This document shows, piece after piece, positions 9,701-18,953 of a DNA stretch of 41,573 nt; positions within the stretch are counted from its first letter, which is position 1; each line of letters begins with the position of its first letter. The notes under the pieces were generated by a model. That model worked only from the letters and a program-made list of their open reading frames with translations. It searched no databases and was not told the origin of the DNA. Position numbers and translations under genes: made by a program. The stretch comes from an archaeon (lineage in GTDB: Archaea; EX4484-52; WAPT01). The stretch lies in NCBI GenBank assembly GCA_029258795.1, contig JAPDKB010000006.1:1-41573 (forward strand), read 5' to 3'.

Positions 9701-10591
9701 ATGAAGAAGTCAACGCTTTTGAAGAAGATGATCCTGGAAAGGAAAGGGCTTGTTGTTCCAGGAGCCCATGATTGTATATCTGCAAAACTCATTGAAAAGG
9801 CAGGATTCAAGGCACTCCAGGTAAGCGGGTTTGGTCTTTCAGCAACCTACCTCGGAAAGCCTGATGTTGGATTGCTTACCTTCACAGAGGTCCTCTGGTT
9901 CACAAAGAACATAGTTGATGCAGTGGATATTCCTGTCATGGCGGATGGGGATACAGGATATGGAAATGCACTCAACGCAAGAAGGACCATTGAGGAATTC
10001 ATAAAAATAGGTGCCGCTGGAATGAACATTGAGGACCAGGTATTCCCAAAACGCTGCGGGCATCTTGAAGGAAAACAGATAATCCCCATGGAGGAAATGG
10101 TTCTGAAAATAGAGGCAATAAAGGAGGTGAGGGACAGGCTTGACCCCGACTTTGTTATAAACGCAAGAACGGATGCAATTGCAGTTGCAGGGATAGATGA
10201 GGCAATAAAGAGGGGAAATGCATATGCAAAGGCAGGTGCAGACCTCATATTCGTTGAGGCGCCAAGAAGCGTTGAGGAGATAAGAAGGGCAGTCAAGGAG
10301 ATAGATGCCCCGGTGAGCATTAATCTTTTTGATGCGGTGAAGGGAGGGAAAACTCCGCTTGTTGCAATAGAAGAGTTGAGGGATATGGGGGTTGCCAGAA
10401 TAAGTATCCCCGTTGGTCCTCTCTTTGCATCCGTTAAAGGGCTTATGAACTATCTTGATGCGATAAAAGGAGACAAACTCGCAGAGGGAAGGTTTGACCT
10501 GGTTATTGACTTTGACGAGTTCAAGAAACTCGTTGGATTTCCCGAGTACAGGGAACTTGAAAGAAAATACCTTCCAAAGTTTGTGGAGTGA
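9701..10591 (+). CDS. Isocitrate lyase/PEP mutase superfamily C-C lyase (PrpB / 2,3-dimethylmalate lyase-like)
   Basis: PVMADGDTGYG, IEDQVFPKRCGH (catalytic Cys loop), INARTDA and AGADLIFVEA. Confidence 0.9.
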   Translation: MKKSTLLKKMILERKGLVVPGAHDCISAKLIEKAGFKALQVSGFGLSATYLGKPDVGLLTFTEVLWFTKNIVDAVDIPVMADGDTGYGNALNARRTIEEFIKIGAAGMNIEDQVFPKRCGHLEGKQIIPMEEMVLKIEAIKEVRDRLDPDFVINARTDAIAVAGIDEAIKRGNAYAKAGADLIFVEAPRSVEEIRRAVKEIDAPVSINLFDAVKGGKTPLVAIEELRDMGVARISIPVGPLFASVKGLMNYLDAIKGDKLAEGRFDLVIDFDEFKKLVGFPEYRELERKYLPKFVE

Positions 10592-10594
10592 ACC

Positions 10595-11854
10595 ATGACC
10601 ATAGCAGAAAAAATCCTTGCAAAGGCATCGGGTAAAAAGGAGGTAAATCCCGGAGAGATAGTGATTGCGAAGGTTGATGTTGCAATGTCCCATGAAAACG
10701 GGAGGATGGTGAAGAAGGCGTTTGAGAAGATAGGGATAAAGAAGGTTTGGGACCCTGAAAAGATAGTGATAATATTTGACCATCGTATTCCCGCAGAGTC
10801 CGAAAAGACCGCAAACCTTCACAAGGAAATGAGGGAGTTCGTGCGGGAGCAGGGAATAGTGAACTTCTTTGATATAAACACCGGAATATGCCATCAGGTT
10901 CTTGCGGAAAAGGGATTTTCAAGACCGGGAATAGTCCTCATAGGAACAGACTCCCACACCACAACCGCCGGAGCATTTGGGGCATTTTCAACGGGTGTTG
11001 GTGCAACGGATATGGCGGGTGTTTGGGCAACGGGGGAGATATGGCTCAGGGTTCCTTCAACCATAAAGATAGTGATAAATGGAAAACTCCCCCCGGGTGT
11101 CTCTGCAAAGGATGTTATTCTTTACATAATAGGGCAGAAGGGAATAGATGGGGCGGATTACCGCTCGGTGGAATTCCATGGGGAAACCGTGCGTGAGATG
11201 AGTATAGCATCAAGGATGGTTCTCTCCAACCTCTCCATGGAGATGGGGGCAAAGGTCGCCTTTGTTCCTCCTGACGAAAAGACCCTTGAATACGTGAAGG
11301 CAAGGACCCGGTATCCATACGAGGTTGTATTGCCCGATGAGGATGCGGAGTATGAGGATGTCTGGGAGTTTGATGTTTCAAACCTCTCTCCCCAGATTGC
11401 ATGTCCTCATACGGTTGACAATGTGAAGCCTATTGAGGAGGTTGAGGGAATAGAGGTTCATCAGGCAGTTATCGGCTCATGTACCAATGGAAGACTTGAG
11501 GATTTGAGAGTTGCGGCTGAGATACTTAAGGGAAGAAAGGTTCATAAAAATACAAGATTGCTTGTCATTCCTGCATCATGGGAGATATATAAACAGGCAA
11601 TGAAAGAAGGAATACTTGAAGTACTGATAGATGCGGGTGCGGTTATCCTCAATCCCGGATGTGGTCCATGCGTGGGTGCGCATGAGGGAATCCTCGGGAA
11701 GGGAGAGGTTGCAATCTCCTCAACAAACAGGAACTTCAGGGGAAGGATGGGAAGTCCTGAGTCCCTCATCTACCTGGGTTCACCCGCAACCGTTGCCGCA
11801 TCCGCAGTTGAGGGCAAAATAACAGACCCAAGGAAATACCTTGGAGGTAAGTGA
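10595..11854 (+). CDS. LeuC/HacA/DmdA family [4Fe-4S] hydratase/isomerase, large subunit
   Basis: MTIAEKILA, FDH, GICHQV, GTDSHT, IGSCTNGR, PGCGPC and STNRNFRGRMG. All three cluster cysteines are present. Confidence 0.93.
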   Translation: MTIAEKILAKASGKKEVNPGEIVIAKVDVAMSHENGRMVKKAFEKIGIKKVWDPEKIVIIFDHRIPAESEKTANLHKEMREFVREQGIVNFFDINTGICHQVLAEKGFSRPGIVLIGTDSHTTTAGAFGAFSTGVGATDMAGVWATGEIWLRVPSTIKIVINGKLPPGVSAKDVILYIIGQKGIDGADYRSVEFHGETVREMSIASRMVLSNLSMEMGAKVAFVPPDEKTLEYVKARTRYPYEVVLPDEDAEYEDVWEFDVSNLSPQIACPHTVDNVKPIEEVEGIEVHQAVIGSCTNGRLEDLRVAAEILKGRKVHKNTRLLVIPASWEIYKQAMKEGILEVLIDAGAVILNPGCGPCVGAHEGILGKGEVAISSTNRNFRGRMGSPESLIYLGSPATVAASAVEGKITDPRKYLGGK

Positions 11855-12360
11855 TGGAAAAGATAAGAGGAAGGGTATGGAAGTTTGGGGATAAGATAGA
11901 CACCGATGTTATATATCCTGGAAGATATTTAAAGATAACGGACCCGGAGGAGACTGCAAAGCACTGCTTTGAAACGGTCTATCCCTGGTTCATGGAGAAG
12001 GCAAAGCCCGGAGACATAATCGTTGCCGGGAAGTTCTTTGGATGCGGTTCATCAAGGGAACAGGCAGCAACGTGCCTCAAATACTTTGGAATTGGTGCAA
12101 TAGTTGCAGAGTCTTTCGCAAGGATATACTACCGGAATGCCATAAACCTGGGGCTTCCAATAGTTGTATGCCCTGGAATAACACGGCATGTTGAAGAAGG
12201 AGATATAATAGAGATAGACATGGAAAAAGGAGTGATAAAGAACGAGAGGACAGGAGAGGAGATAACCTTTACACCGCTTCCTGACTTCGTTCTTGACATC
12301 TTCAGAAAAGGAGGACTCATACCGTACCTGAGGGAGAAACTCGTTGATAAAACCCCTTGA
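11854..12360 (+). CDS. LeuD/HacB/DmdB family hydratase, small subunit
   Basis: KFGDKIDTDVIYPGRYL, FGCGSSREQA and SFARIYYRNAINLGLP. Confidence 0.93.
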   Translation: MEKIRGRVWKFGDKIDTDVIYPGRYLKITDPEETAKHCFETVYPWFMEKAKPGDIIVAGKFFGCGSSREQAATCLKYFGIGAIVAESFARIYYRNAINLGLPIVVCPGITRHVEEGDIIEIDMEKGVIKNERTGEEITFTPLPDFVLDIFRKGGLIPYLREKLVDKTP

Positions 12361-12385
12361 CAAATGAAGACTTATGTGCTATATT
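12357..12385 (+). promoter_or_regulatory. sigma70-type promoter of the pilM operon
   Basis: TTGACA, 17-nt spacer, TATATT with an upstream TGn extension. Confidence 0.7.
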
Positions 12386-12416
12386 TAAAGTAAATCTTTA
12401 AAATGGAAGGGGGAAG

Positions 12417-13454
12417 ATGTTTGGTAAAAGAAAAAGAACAAGTGTAGGTATTGATGTTGGCAGTTCCCTCATAAAGGTTGTGGAGCTGGAGGGTATACCG
12501 AAAAATCCGAAAATAGTCAGGTTTGGAATGACGTCCCTTCCCTCTCATGCGATAGTGGATGGGGATATAATGGACAGAGAGGCTGTTATAGATGCGATAA
12601 AGTCCCTCATTGAGAGTCTTGGGATTGAGGAAACCGAGGTGGTGAGTGCAGTTCCAGGAAGAGGGGTTATAGTCAAGAAAATACAGATGGACAGGATGAA
12701 GGAGAGTGAGGCAGAGGAGCAGATAAAGTGGGTTGCCGAGCAGTACATTTCATTTCCGATAGATGAGGTTGTTATAGACTTTGAGATACTCAATCCCGAG
12801 GTTGGAGAGGACCAGATGGAGGTTCTGCTTGTTGCGGCAAAGAAGGAGATGGTTGAGGGGAGGCTTTCTCTTTTGAGAGAGGCAGGACTTGAGCCTATAA
12901 TTCTTGATGTTCCCGCATTCGCCATTCAGAATGTGTATGAGTTCAACTACGAACCCGACCCTCAGGAGCTCATAGGAATGATTCATGTTGGGGCACAGTT
13001 TACAAACATAACCTTCATTCAGGGTCCTGTGAATCACTTTACAAGGGACATCCCCACTTCTTTAACCACCCTCTCCCAGAATTTGCAGCGCGAACTTGGT
13101 CTTCCCTCTGAGGAAACATTTGCTCTTATAAGGGGAGAGGGACTTGAGAATGTTGACCAGGCCTCCTTTAAGATGGCGGTGAACAACTTTTTTGAGGATA
13201 TAGCCGTGGGAATAGAAAGGGTTCTTCCCTATCTTCCGGAAGGGGTTGAAAGGGTTCAGCGTATTGTCCTGAGTGGAGGAGGAGCACTGTTACCAGAATT
13301 ACCTGAGTTCCTTAAAGAGAGGTTTGGTGCAGAGGTAGAAATTCTTGATCCTTTCAAAAAGATAGAATACGAGGAGGGAATCTTCGAGACCGAACCTGCA
13401 AAGATAGCCCCCATAGCCGCCCTTTCCATAGGACTTGCCATAAGGGGGGAGTAA
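12417..13454 (+). CDS. pilM: Type IV pilus assembly protein PilM
   Basis: VGIDVGSSLIKVVEL, VLLVAAKK and IVLSGGGA (actin-like fold). First gene of an M-N-O-P-Q order. Confidence 0.95.
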   Translation: MFGKRKRTSVGIDVGSSLIKVVELEGIPKNPKIVRFGMTSLPSHAIVDGDIMDREAVIDAIKSLIESLGIEETEVVSAVPGRGVIVKKIQMDRMKESEAEEQIKWVAEQYISFPIDEVVIDFEILNPEVGEDQMEVLLVAAKKEMVEGRLSLLREAGLEPIILDVPAFAIQNVYEFNYEPDPQELIGMIHVGAQFTNITFIQGPVNHFTRDIPTSLTTLSQNLQRELGLPSEETFALIRGEGLENVDQASFKMAVNNFFEDIAVGIERVLPYLPEGVERVQRIVLSGGGALLPELPEFLKERFGAEVEILDPFKKIEYEEGIFETEPAKIAPIAALSIGLAIRGE

Positions 13455-14066
13455 ATGGTAAGAATAAACCTCATACCAAAGGAAGAAAGGGTAAAGAGGG
13501 TAAAGAAAAGGGTTCCCACCCGGCGAAAGGTGGCAATTCCTGCGGGGATTGATGTATATGCCGGTATAGGTTTTGTAATCATTACCCTTATTATCGCAAT
13601 AGTAGGTCATGCCAGGTTAACCAGAAAGATAACAGACCTCAATAATAAAATCGCAGCGGCAAAGGAAGAGCTGAAGAAACTGAAAAAGGAAGTGCAGCTT
13701 GTAAACAATCTCACGAAGGAAAGGGAGAAGCTCATGGTGCTTGTGGATATGGTGAAGGAACTCAACAAAGAAAGGGCTCTGAGATTTTATTTCCTTCAGG
13801 AAATGTTAAGGATATTGCCTGAGTACGTATGGCTTACATCTCTTAACGAAAAGGAACGTTCAGTGAGCCTTTCCGGAATCACATTTTCCAACCTGATAGT
13901 TGCCGATTTTATGGAGCGGATGATGAAGTCTCCCTATTTTCAGGATGTGGAGCTCATTGAGTTGAAAAAAACAGAGATAGAAGGGCATGAGGTCACGAAC
14001 TTTACAATAACTGCAAAGCTTGTATTCCCGGGAATCAGAAAGGAGGAGCATGATGGCAAAACCTGA
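13455..14066 (+). CDS. pilN: Type IV pilus assembly protein PilN
   Basis: N-terminal INLIP motif, one TM, coiled coil, then LPEYVWLTSL and SPYFQDVEL. Confidence 0.9.
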   Translation: MVRINLIPKEERVKRVKKRVPTRRKVAIPAGIDVYAGIGFVIITLIIAIVGHARLTRKITDLNNKIAAAKEELKKLKKEVQLVNNLTKEREKLMVLVDMVKELNKERALRFYFLQEMLRILPEYVWLTSLNEKERSVSLSGITFSNLIVADFMERMMKSPYFQDVELIELKKTEIEGHEVTNFTITAKLVFPGIRKEEHDGKT

Positions 14067-14640
14067 TATATCCAGAAACCTTCTTATCCTTATAGGTGTG
14101 GGGGTGATTATTCTCGTGGGATATTACTTTATGGACCATTCAAAGAAAAAGAAGGAAATAAAGAGACTTGAAAAAATACACAGTGCATATGCGGAGTCCT
14201 TAAGGGTTGCAAGAGAAACTGCAGCAAGGCTTGAGGAGGTTCAGAGACAGTATGAGATTGTAAAACTCCAGCATCGGAAGGCACAGGAGATGCTGCCAAA
14301 GGAGGAGAATATACCCGATGTTCTGAGGTCCCTTACCAGGGTTGGGGCTGCATCTGGTGTTAATTTTCTTCTTTTCAAAAAGGAGCAGAAGGAATCAAAG
14401 GGAAAGTATGCGGTCATTCCCATCTCCATACAGGTTTCCGGTTCTTATCATGAGATAGCAAGGTTTCTTGCAGCTATAAACAATCTTCCCAGGATTGTAA
14501 ATGTTGAGAATCTCACCCTGGCTCCTGGAAGAGAGGGAGGGGTTACCGCCTCCTTCCTTGCAAAAACATACATTGCAACGGAGGTTACCGGTGAGAAGAA
14601 ACCCAAAAAGAAGAAGAAAAAGAAAAGGAAGAAGGGTTAG
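14050..14640 (+). CDS. pilO: Type IV pilus assembly protein PilO
   Basis: TM, coiled coil, LPKEENIPDVL and PISIQVSGSYHEIARFL...LPRIVNV. AGGAGG precedes ATG 14050/14053. Confidence 0.9.
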   Translation: MMAKPDISRNLLILIGVGVIILVGYYFMDHSKKKKEIKRLEKIHSAYAESLRVARETAARLEEVQRQYEIVKLQHRKAQEMLPKEENIPDVLRSLTRVGAASGVNFLLFKKEQKESKGKYAVIPISIQVSGSYHEIARFLAAINNLPRIVNVENLTLAPGREGGVTASFLAKTYIATEVTGEKKPKKKKKKKRKKG

Positions 14641-15193
14641 TATTTTGCTTCTCCCTCTTTTGGGGTTGCTGGTGGGCTGCGGGAATGGTGGAAAGGGGGA
14701 GAAGGTCATGGAACGCATAATCAAGGGGTTTTCTCCAACCGTTGCAGCAGAGGAAAAAGTGGGGGTGAAGGCAGAGGTTGCAGCTGTTGCAAATCCAGGA
14801 AAGAAAAAAGGTAAAAAGGAAGAGAAAAAGGAGGAGGTCCCACTGGATACCCTTGATATTGAAAGGGCTCTTCTCTGGGAGAAGGTTAGCTATAATTCTT
14901 ACGGGAAGAGGGACCCGTTTGAGCCTTTGATAAAGCCGGGTAAGGAGGAGGTTCAGACCGGGCTCAATCTTGAAGGCGCAAAACTCATAGGAATTCTGTG
15001 GGGTTCAAAAGGATATCTTGCTCTTGTAAAAGACAGGGGTGGAAAAGGATACGTTCTGAGAGAAGGGGATAAAATTCAGGGTGGATGGGTTTCCAGGATA
15101 ACCTCAAATTCCGTCACCTTTGTGGTCGTTCAGTTTGGAATAAGGTCAGAGGTAACCCTGAAATTAAAAGAAAAAGGTGAGGTGTCCCGATGA
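14591..15193 (+). CDS. pilP: Type IV pilus lipoprotein PilP
   Basis: Lipobox LLVGC, GKRDPFEP motif and LIGILWG..YLALV...GYVLREGD. Start re-assigned to GTG 14591 behind GAGG. Confidence 0.8.
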   Translation: MRRNPKRRRKRKGRRVSILLLPLLGLLVGCGNGGKGEKVMERIIKGFSPTVAAEEKVGVKAEVAAVANPGKKKGKKEEKKEEVPLDTLDIERALLWEKVSYNSYGKRDPFEPLIKPGKEEVQTGLNLEGAKLIGILWGSKGYLALVKDRGGKGYVLREGDKIQGGWVSRITSNSVTFVVVQFGIRSEVTLKLKEKGEVSR

Positions 15194-16755
15194 GAAAAAC
15201 AATACTTATCTCTTTCATCTTTCTTGCCCTCTATGGTGTGAGTCTCCAGGACATAGTGATAAAGCCGGGAGAGGAAGGGACAGAGGTGCTTCTCTCCCTT
15301 GATGGACATGTGAGTTATACCGACTTCACGATAGGTGAGAAGATAGTGCTTGACCTTCTTGAAGTTACCTCTGCATTTGATGGGGCTGCCTTTGAGGTGG
15401 GACGAGGAGGAGTAAAGACAATAACCCTTTCACCTGTTCCCTCTGCAAATCTTCTCAGGGTGGTGATTACGGGTGAGTCCGCATACACCTACACAGTGAA
15501 TATGGTTGATGGTGGGGTTCTTCTTGTTCTGAATACAGGACAGAAGGATTTTGAGGAGTGGAGGGCAAGTGGTTCTTCCTATAACCCACCTCCCCGTGAG
15601 GAGAAGGTGGCAGTTCCAGAAGATCATTCCGCACTTATATCCCTTGACCTTGAAAATGCAGACCTTCTCACAGTCCTCAGGTCCATAGCAGATTATGCAG
15701 GAATGAACCTGGTGGTGGGAGAAGGGATAAAAGGTAATGTTACCGTGAGGCTTGTGAACGTTCCATGGGAGCGTGCCCTCTCTCTTATCCTGAAATCAAA
15801 GGGCTACACCTATATCATTGAGGGAAATGTTATAAGAGTGGGAACGGGAGAGCAATTTGCAAAGGAAAGGGAGGCAAGAGAGCTTGCAGAGCCTCTTGTG
15901 AGGAAAGTTTACAGGCTGGAATTTGCAAAACCAAAGGAACTGGAAGGGATTATAAAGCCGATCCTTAGTAAGAGGGGAACGATAAATATAGACGAAAGAA
16001 CCAACTCTCTTATCGTAACCGATATTGACTCAAGGCAGCGCGAGGTGGAGGAACTCATAAGCCTTCTTGATACCGAAACACCGCAGGTTGAAATACAGGT
16101 GAAGGTGGTGGATATTGACAGGGATGTTGTTCAGGAACTTGGAATTGACTGGAGTGTTGTAAATCTTACATTTGGGGATGTAACCGGTTCTGTTGTGAGA
16201 GGAGCCCCTGTGGAGCTTGCGGAGTACTCCGGAATAGCACTCAACCTTGCGACCCTCCGTTCCTTTGCAAAACTCACATCCATAATAACCGCACTGGAAC
16301 AGGAAAACAAACTCAATGTCCTTGCAAACCCAAGGATTGTAACGACGAACAACAGAAAGGCGAGCATATTTGGTGGAAAGAGGATAGCAATTCCTGTAAC
16401 AAGTCCCCAGACCGGAGTTACCTACGAATGGACATCCGCCGGTATAAAGCTTGATGTGGTTCCTCACATAAACTCTGCAAATGAAATCCTGCTTGAACTT
16501 GTTGCAGAACTGAGTGAGATGCAGGCCACGGATGTTATAACCGAAACAAAAGCAGAGACCGAGGCGCTTGTAAAGGATGGTGAGACCCTGGTAATTGGAG
16601 GATTCATACACTACACGGAAACCATGGGGGAGGAAGGGGTTCCAATTTTAAGGAACCTTCCTCTCATAGGCAGGCTTTTCAAACGAACAACAAAGGAAAA
16701 GAAGGAAAGAGAAGTCCTCATATTCCTCACGCCCCATATAGTCAAGAGATATTGA
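15190..16755 (+). CDS. pilQ: Type IV pilus secretin PilQ
   Basis: AMIN-like N-terminus, ISLDLENADL, VPWERAL, IDERTNSLIV, and secretin C-domain VKDGETLVIGG...VPILRNLPLIGRLF...LIFLTPHIV. Confidence 0.93.
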   Translation: MRKTILISFIFLALYGVSLQDIVIKPGEEGTEVLLSLDGHVSYTDFTIGEKIVLDLLEVTSAFDGAAFEVGRGGVKTITLSPVPSANLLRVVITGESAYTYTVNMVDGGVLLVLNTGQKDFEEWRASGSSYNPPPREEKVAVPEDHSALISLDLENADLLTVLRSIADYAGMNLVVGEGIKGNVTVRLVNVPWERALSLILKSKGYTYIIEGNVIRVGTGEQFAKEREARELAEPLVRKVYRLEFAKPKELEGIIKPILSKRGTINIDERTNSLIVTDIDSRQREVEELISLLDTETPQVEIQVKVVDIDRDVVQELGIDWSVVNLTFGDVTGSVVRGAPVELAEYSGIALNLATLRSFAKLTSIITALEQENKLNVLANPRIVTTNNRKASIFGGKRIAIPVTSPQTGVTYEWTSAGIKLDVVPHINSANEILLELVAELSEMQATDVITETKAETEALVKDGETLVIGGFIHYTETMGEEGVPILRNLPLIGRLFKRTTKEKKEREVLIFLTPHIVKRY

Positions 16756-16760
16756 AATAG

Positions 16761-18953
16761 ATGCTATCACGCATCCTTTTAGGATTTTTTCTCCTTTCCT
16801 TCCTCTCTTCCTTTTACTTTCTCCTGAAGGAGGCGGGGGAGGAAAGGAGGCGTCTTTTCACAGGTATCTTTTTAGTCCTTATTTTCATCTTTCTCTTCCC
16901 ATCACAGGTTACCTTTCTTGTTTTCGAGAATCAGCCCGTCAAAAACTTTGGAGGGGTTGCAGGATACAGGGTCTCTGAGTTTTTATTTGAACAGTTTGGA
17001 TTTCCCTCTTTTCTTATTCCCTTTCTTTTTCTCCTTGGCGCGATTTCAGTCTTTCTTCGTTCCCTGAGACTTTTCTTCCACATGAGTTCTGTTTTGCTTG
17101 CCCTTTTTCTTTTTCTCCTCTTTGCTGGAAGACAGGGAGAAACAGGAAAGGGGGTTGATGAGTTTTTGAAAAACACGGCTGGATTTGTTCGCTTTCTCAT
17201 TTACCTTTTTGTTCTTTTCTCCCCTGTGCTTGTGTTTGTGAAAAAGAGAAAAGAAAGGATTCCTCCTGAGCCAGAAAAGAGGAAGGAAAAGAAGAAAAGG
17301 GAGAGAAAGAAGAGGGAGAGGAAGATAGAGGAAAAGAAGGAAGAGAAAGAAATTCCTGTGGAGGAGAAAAACCTTAGAGATGAGATACTTTCCCTGCTCC
17401 ACGACCCGGTGAGGGTTGAGGAAATTTCAAAGGAGGAAGCGGAAAGACTTGGAAAGCTCATTGAGGAGAAACTTGAGAACTTCAAGATAAGGGGGAAAAT
17501 AGTGGATTACATCTCGGGTCCCGTCATTACCCGATTTGAATACGAACCCGCTCCTGAAATAAAGGCTTCCTCTGTTATTTCCCGTGCGGACGATGTTGCA
17601 ATGGCGATAAAGGCACCGAAGGTGAGAATGTCCATGATATCGGGAAAAGGGGCGATAGGTATTGAGGTTCCGAATAAAAGAAGGGAGATAGTTTACATAA
17701 AGGAACTCTTAACCCATCCTGAATATGAAAGGGATAAGCATCCTCTTTTTATACCCCTCGGAAAGGACATAACAGGAAAACCTTACTACGAAAGAATAGA
17801 CGGAATGCCGCATCTTTTGGTTGCCGGGGCAACGGGTTCGGGTAAAAGTGTTTTTATACATTCGGTAATCACGAGCATTCTATTCCGCGCCGGATCTCAG
17901 GATGTGAAGTTTTTGCTTGTTGATCCCAAAAGAATAGAACTTTCAATCTACAACGGAATACCCCATCTTGTAAGACCTGTTGTTGTTGAGCCAAGGGAGG
18001 CGGTTGAGGTTCTCAAAGAATCAATAGAGTGGATGGAGTACCGGTACAGGGAACTCGGGAAGGCAAGTGTGAGGGATATTGAGGGTTACAATAAAAAGAT
18101 GAAGGAAAAAATGCCATACATACTCATAATCATAGACGAACTTGCCGACCTCATGATGGTTGCAGGAAGAGAGATAGAGCACTGCCTTGTAAGGCTTGCA
18201 CAGATGGCAAGGGCTGTCGGGATTCATCTTGTTGTTGCAACCCAGAGACCATCTGTGAATGTCATAACCGGATTGATAAAGGCAAACTTCCCTGCCAGAA
18301 TTTCCTTTCAGGTTGTCTCCAGGGCGGATTCAAGGACGATACTTGATGAAATAGGGGCCGAGAAACTGCTTGGAAAGGGGGATATGCTCTACCGTTCTCC
18401 CAGGGGGGATGAATTGATGAGGCTCCACGGTGCGTTCGTGTCTGTTGAGGAGGCACTTGGGATAAGGAATCTTTTTGCAGGAGAATGGTTGAAGAAACTG
18501 CTTGGTGGAAGGATAGATAAGGTAAATGAGGTTGTGAGATTGATAATTGAGGAGGACATGATAGATGTTATCTCCGACCCTGGAATTCCGGGAAGTGAGG
18601 AGAGGATAGAGGCATTCTGCAGATTTGCCGAAAATGAAGTTGGCATACCGGCAGAAGAACTGAAACAGGTGCTTGAGGAGGTGGAGTACTATCCCGGTAT
18701 AGAGGAGATGCAGCATGTGAAGAAAGAGAGGAAAGAAGGTGAGGAGGGTGAGGAGGAGGAGAGGGACCCATTGTTTGAGGAGGCGAAGAGGATTGTCATA
18801 CAGTACCAGACAGCGTCAATTTCTCTTCTGCAGCGCAAACTCAAGATAGGTTATGCACGGGCAGGCAGGCTTATAGACCAGCTGGAGAAGGCGGGAATAG
18901 TTGGACCTTACCGGGGCTCAAAGTCAAGAGAGGTTCTTATAAAGGGAGAATGA
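16761..18953 (+). CDS. ftsK: DNA translocase FtsK/SpoIIIE
   Basis: N-terminal TMs, MPHLLVAGATGSGKS, IIIDELADLMM, ARAVGIHLVVATQRPS, and gamma domain LQRKLKIGYARAGRLID. Confidence 0.96.
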   Translation: MLSRILLGFFLLSFLSSFYFLLKEAGEERRRLFTGIFLVLIFIFLFPSQVTFLVFENQPVKNFGGVAGYRVSEFLFEQFGFPSFLIPFLFLLGAISVFLRSLRLFFHMSSVLLALFLFLLFAGRQGETGKGVDEFLKNTAGFVRFLIYLFVLFSPVLVFVKKRKERIPPEPEKRKEKKKRERKKRERKIEEKKEEKEIPVEEKNLRDEILSLLHDPVRVEEISKEEAERLGKLIEEKLENFKIRGKIVDYISGPVITRFEYEPAPEIKASSVISRADDVAMAIKAPKVRMSMISGKGAIGIEVPNKRREIVYIKELLTHPEYERDKHPLFIPLGKDITGKPYYERIDGMPHLLVAGATGSGKSVFIHSVITSILFRAGSQDVKFLLVDPKRIELSIYNGIPHLVRPVVVEPREAVEVLKESIEWMEYRYRELGKASVRDIEGYNKKMKEKMPYILIIIDELADLMMVAGREIEHCLVRLAQMARAVGIHLVVATQRPSVNVITGLIKANFPARISFQVVSRADSRTILDEIGAEKLLGKGDMLYRSPRGDELMRLHGAFVSVEEALGIRNLFAGEWLKKLLGGRIDKVNEVVRLIIEEDMIDVISDPGIPGSEERIEAFCRFAENEVGIPAEELKQVLEEVEYYPGIEEMQHVKKERKEGEEGEEEERDPLFEEAKRIVIQYQTASISLLQRKLKIGYARAGRLIDQLEKAGIVGPYRGSKSREVLIKGE

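Noticed and set aside
9839-10894. 351-aa minus-strand ORF, plus the many other antisense ORFs in the track (e.g. 1504-2139, 5688-6329, 26928-27617, 41051-41464)
   Set aside because: They lie opposite well-supported plus-strand genes and have no motifs, so they are shadow frames.
10595-12360. Calling these genes leuC and leuD
   Set aside because: The family is clear, but there is no leuA/leuB context and the lyase linkage points to a different substrate, so symbols are withheld.
17245-17370. Purine-rich quasi-repeats within ftsK
   Set aside because: They are explained by a low-complexity Lys/Glu/Arg linker.
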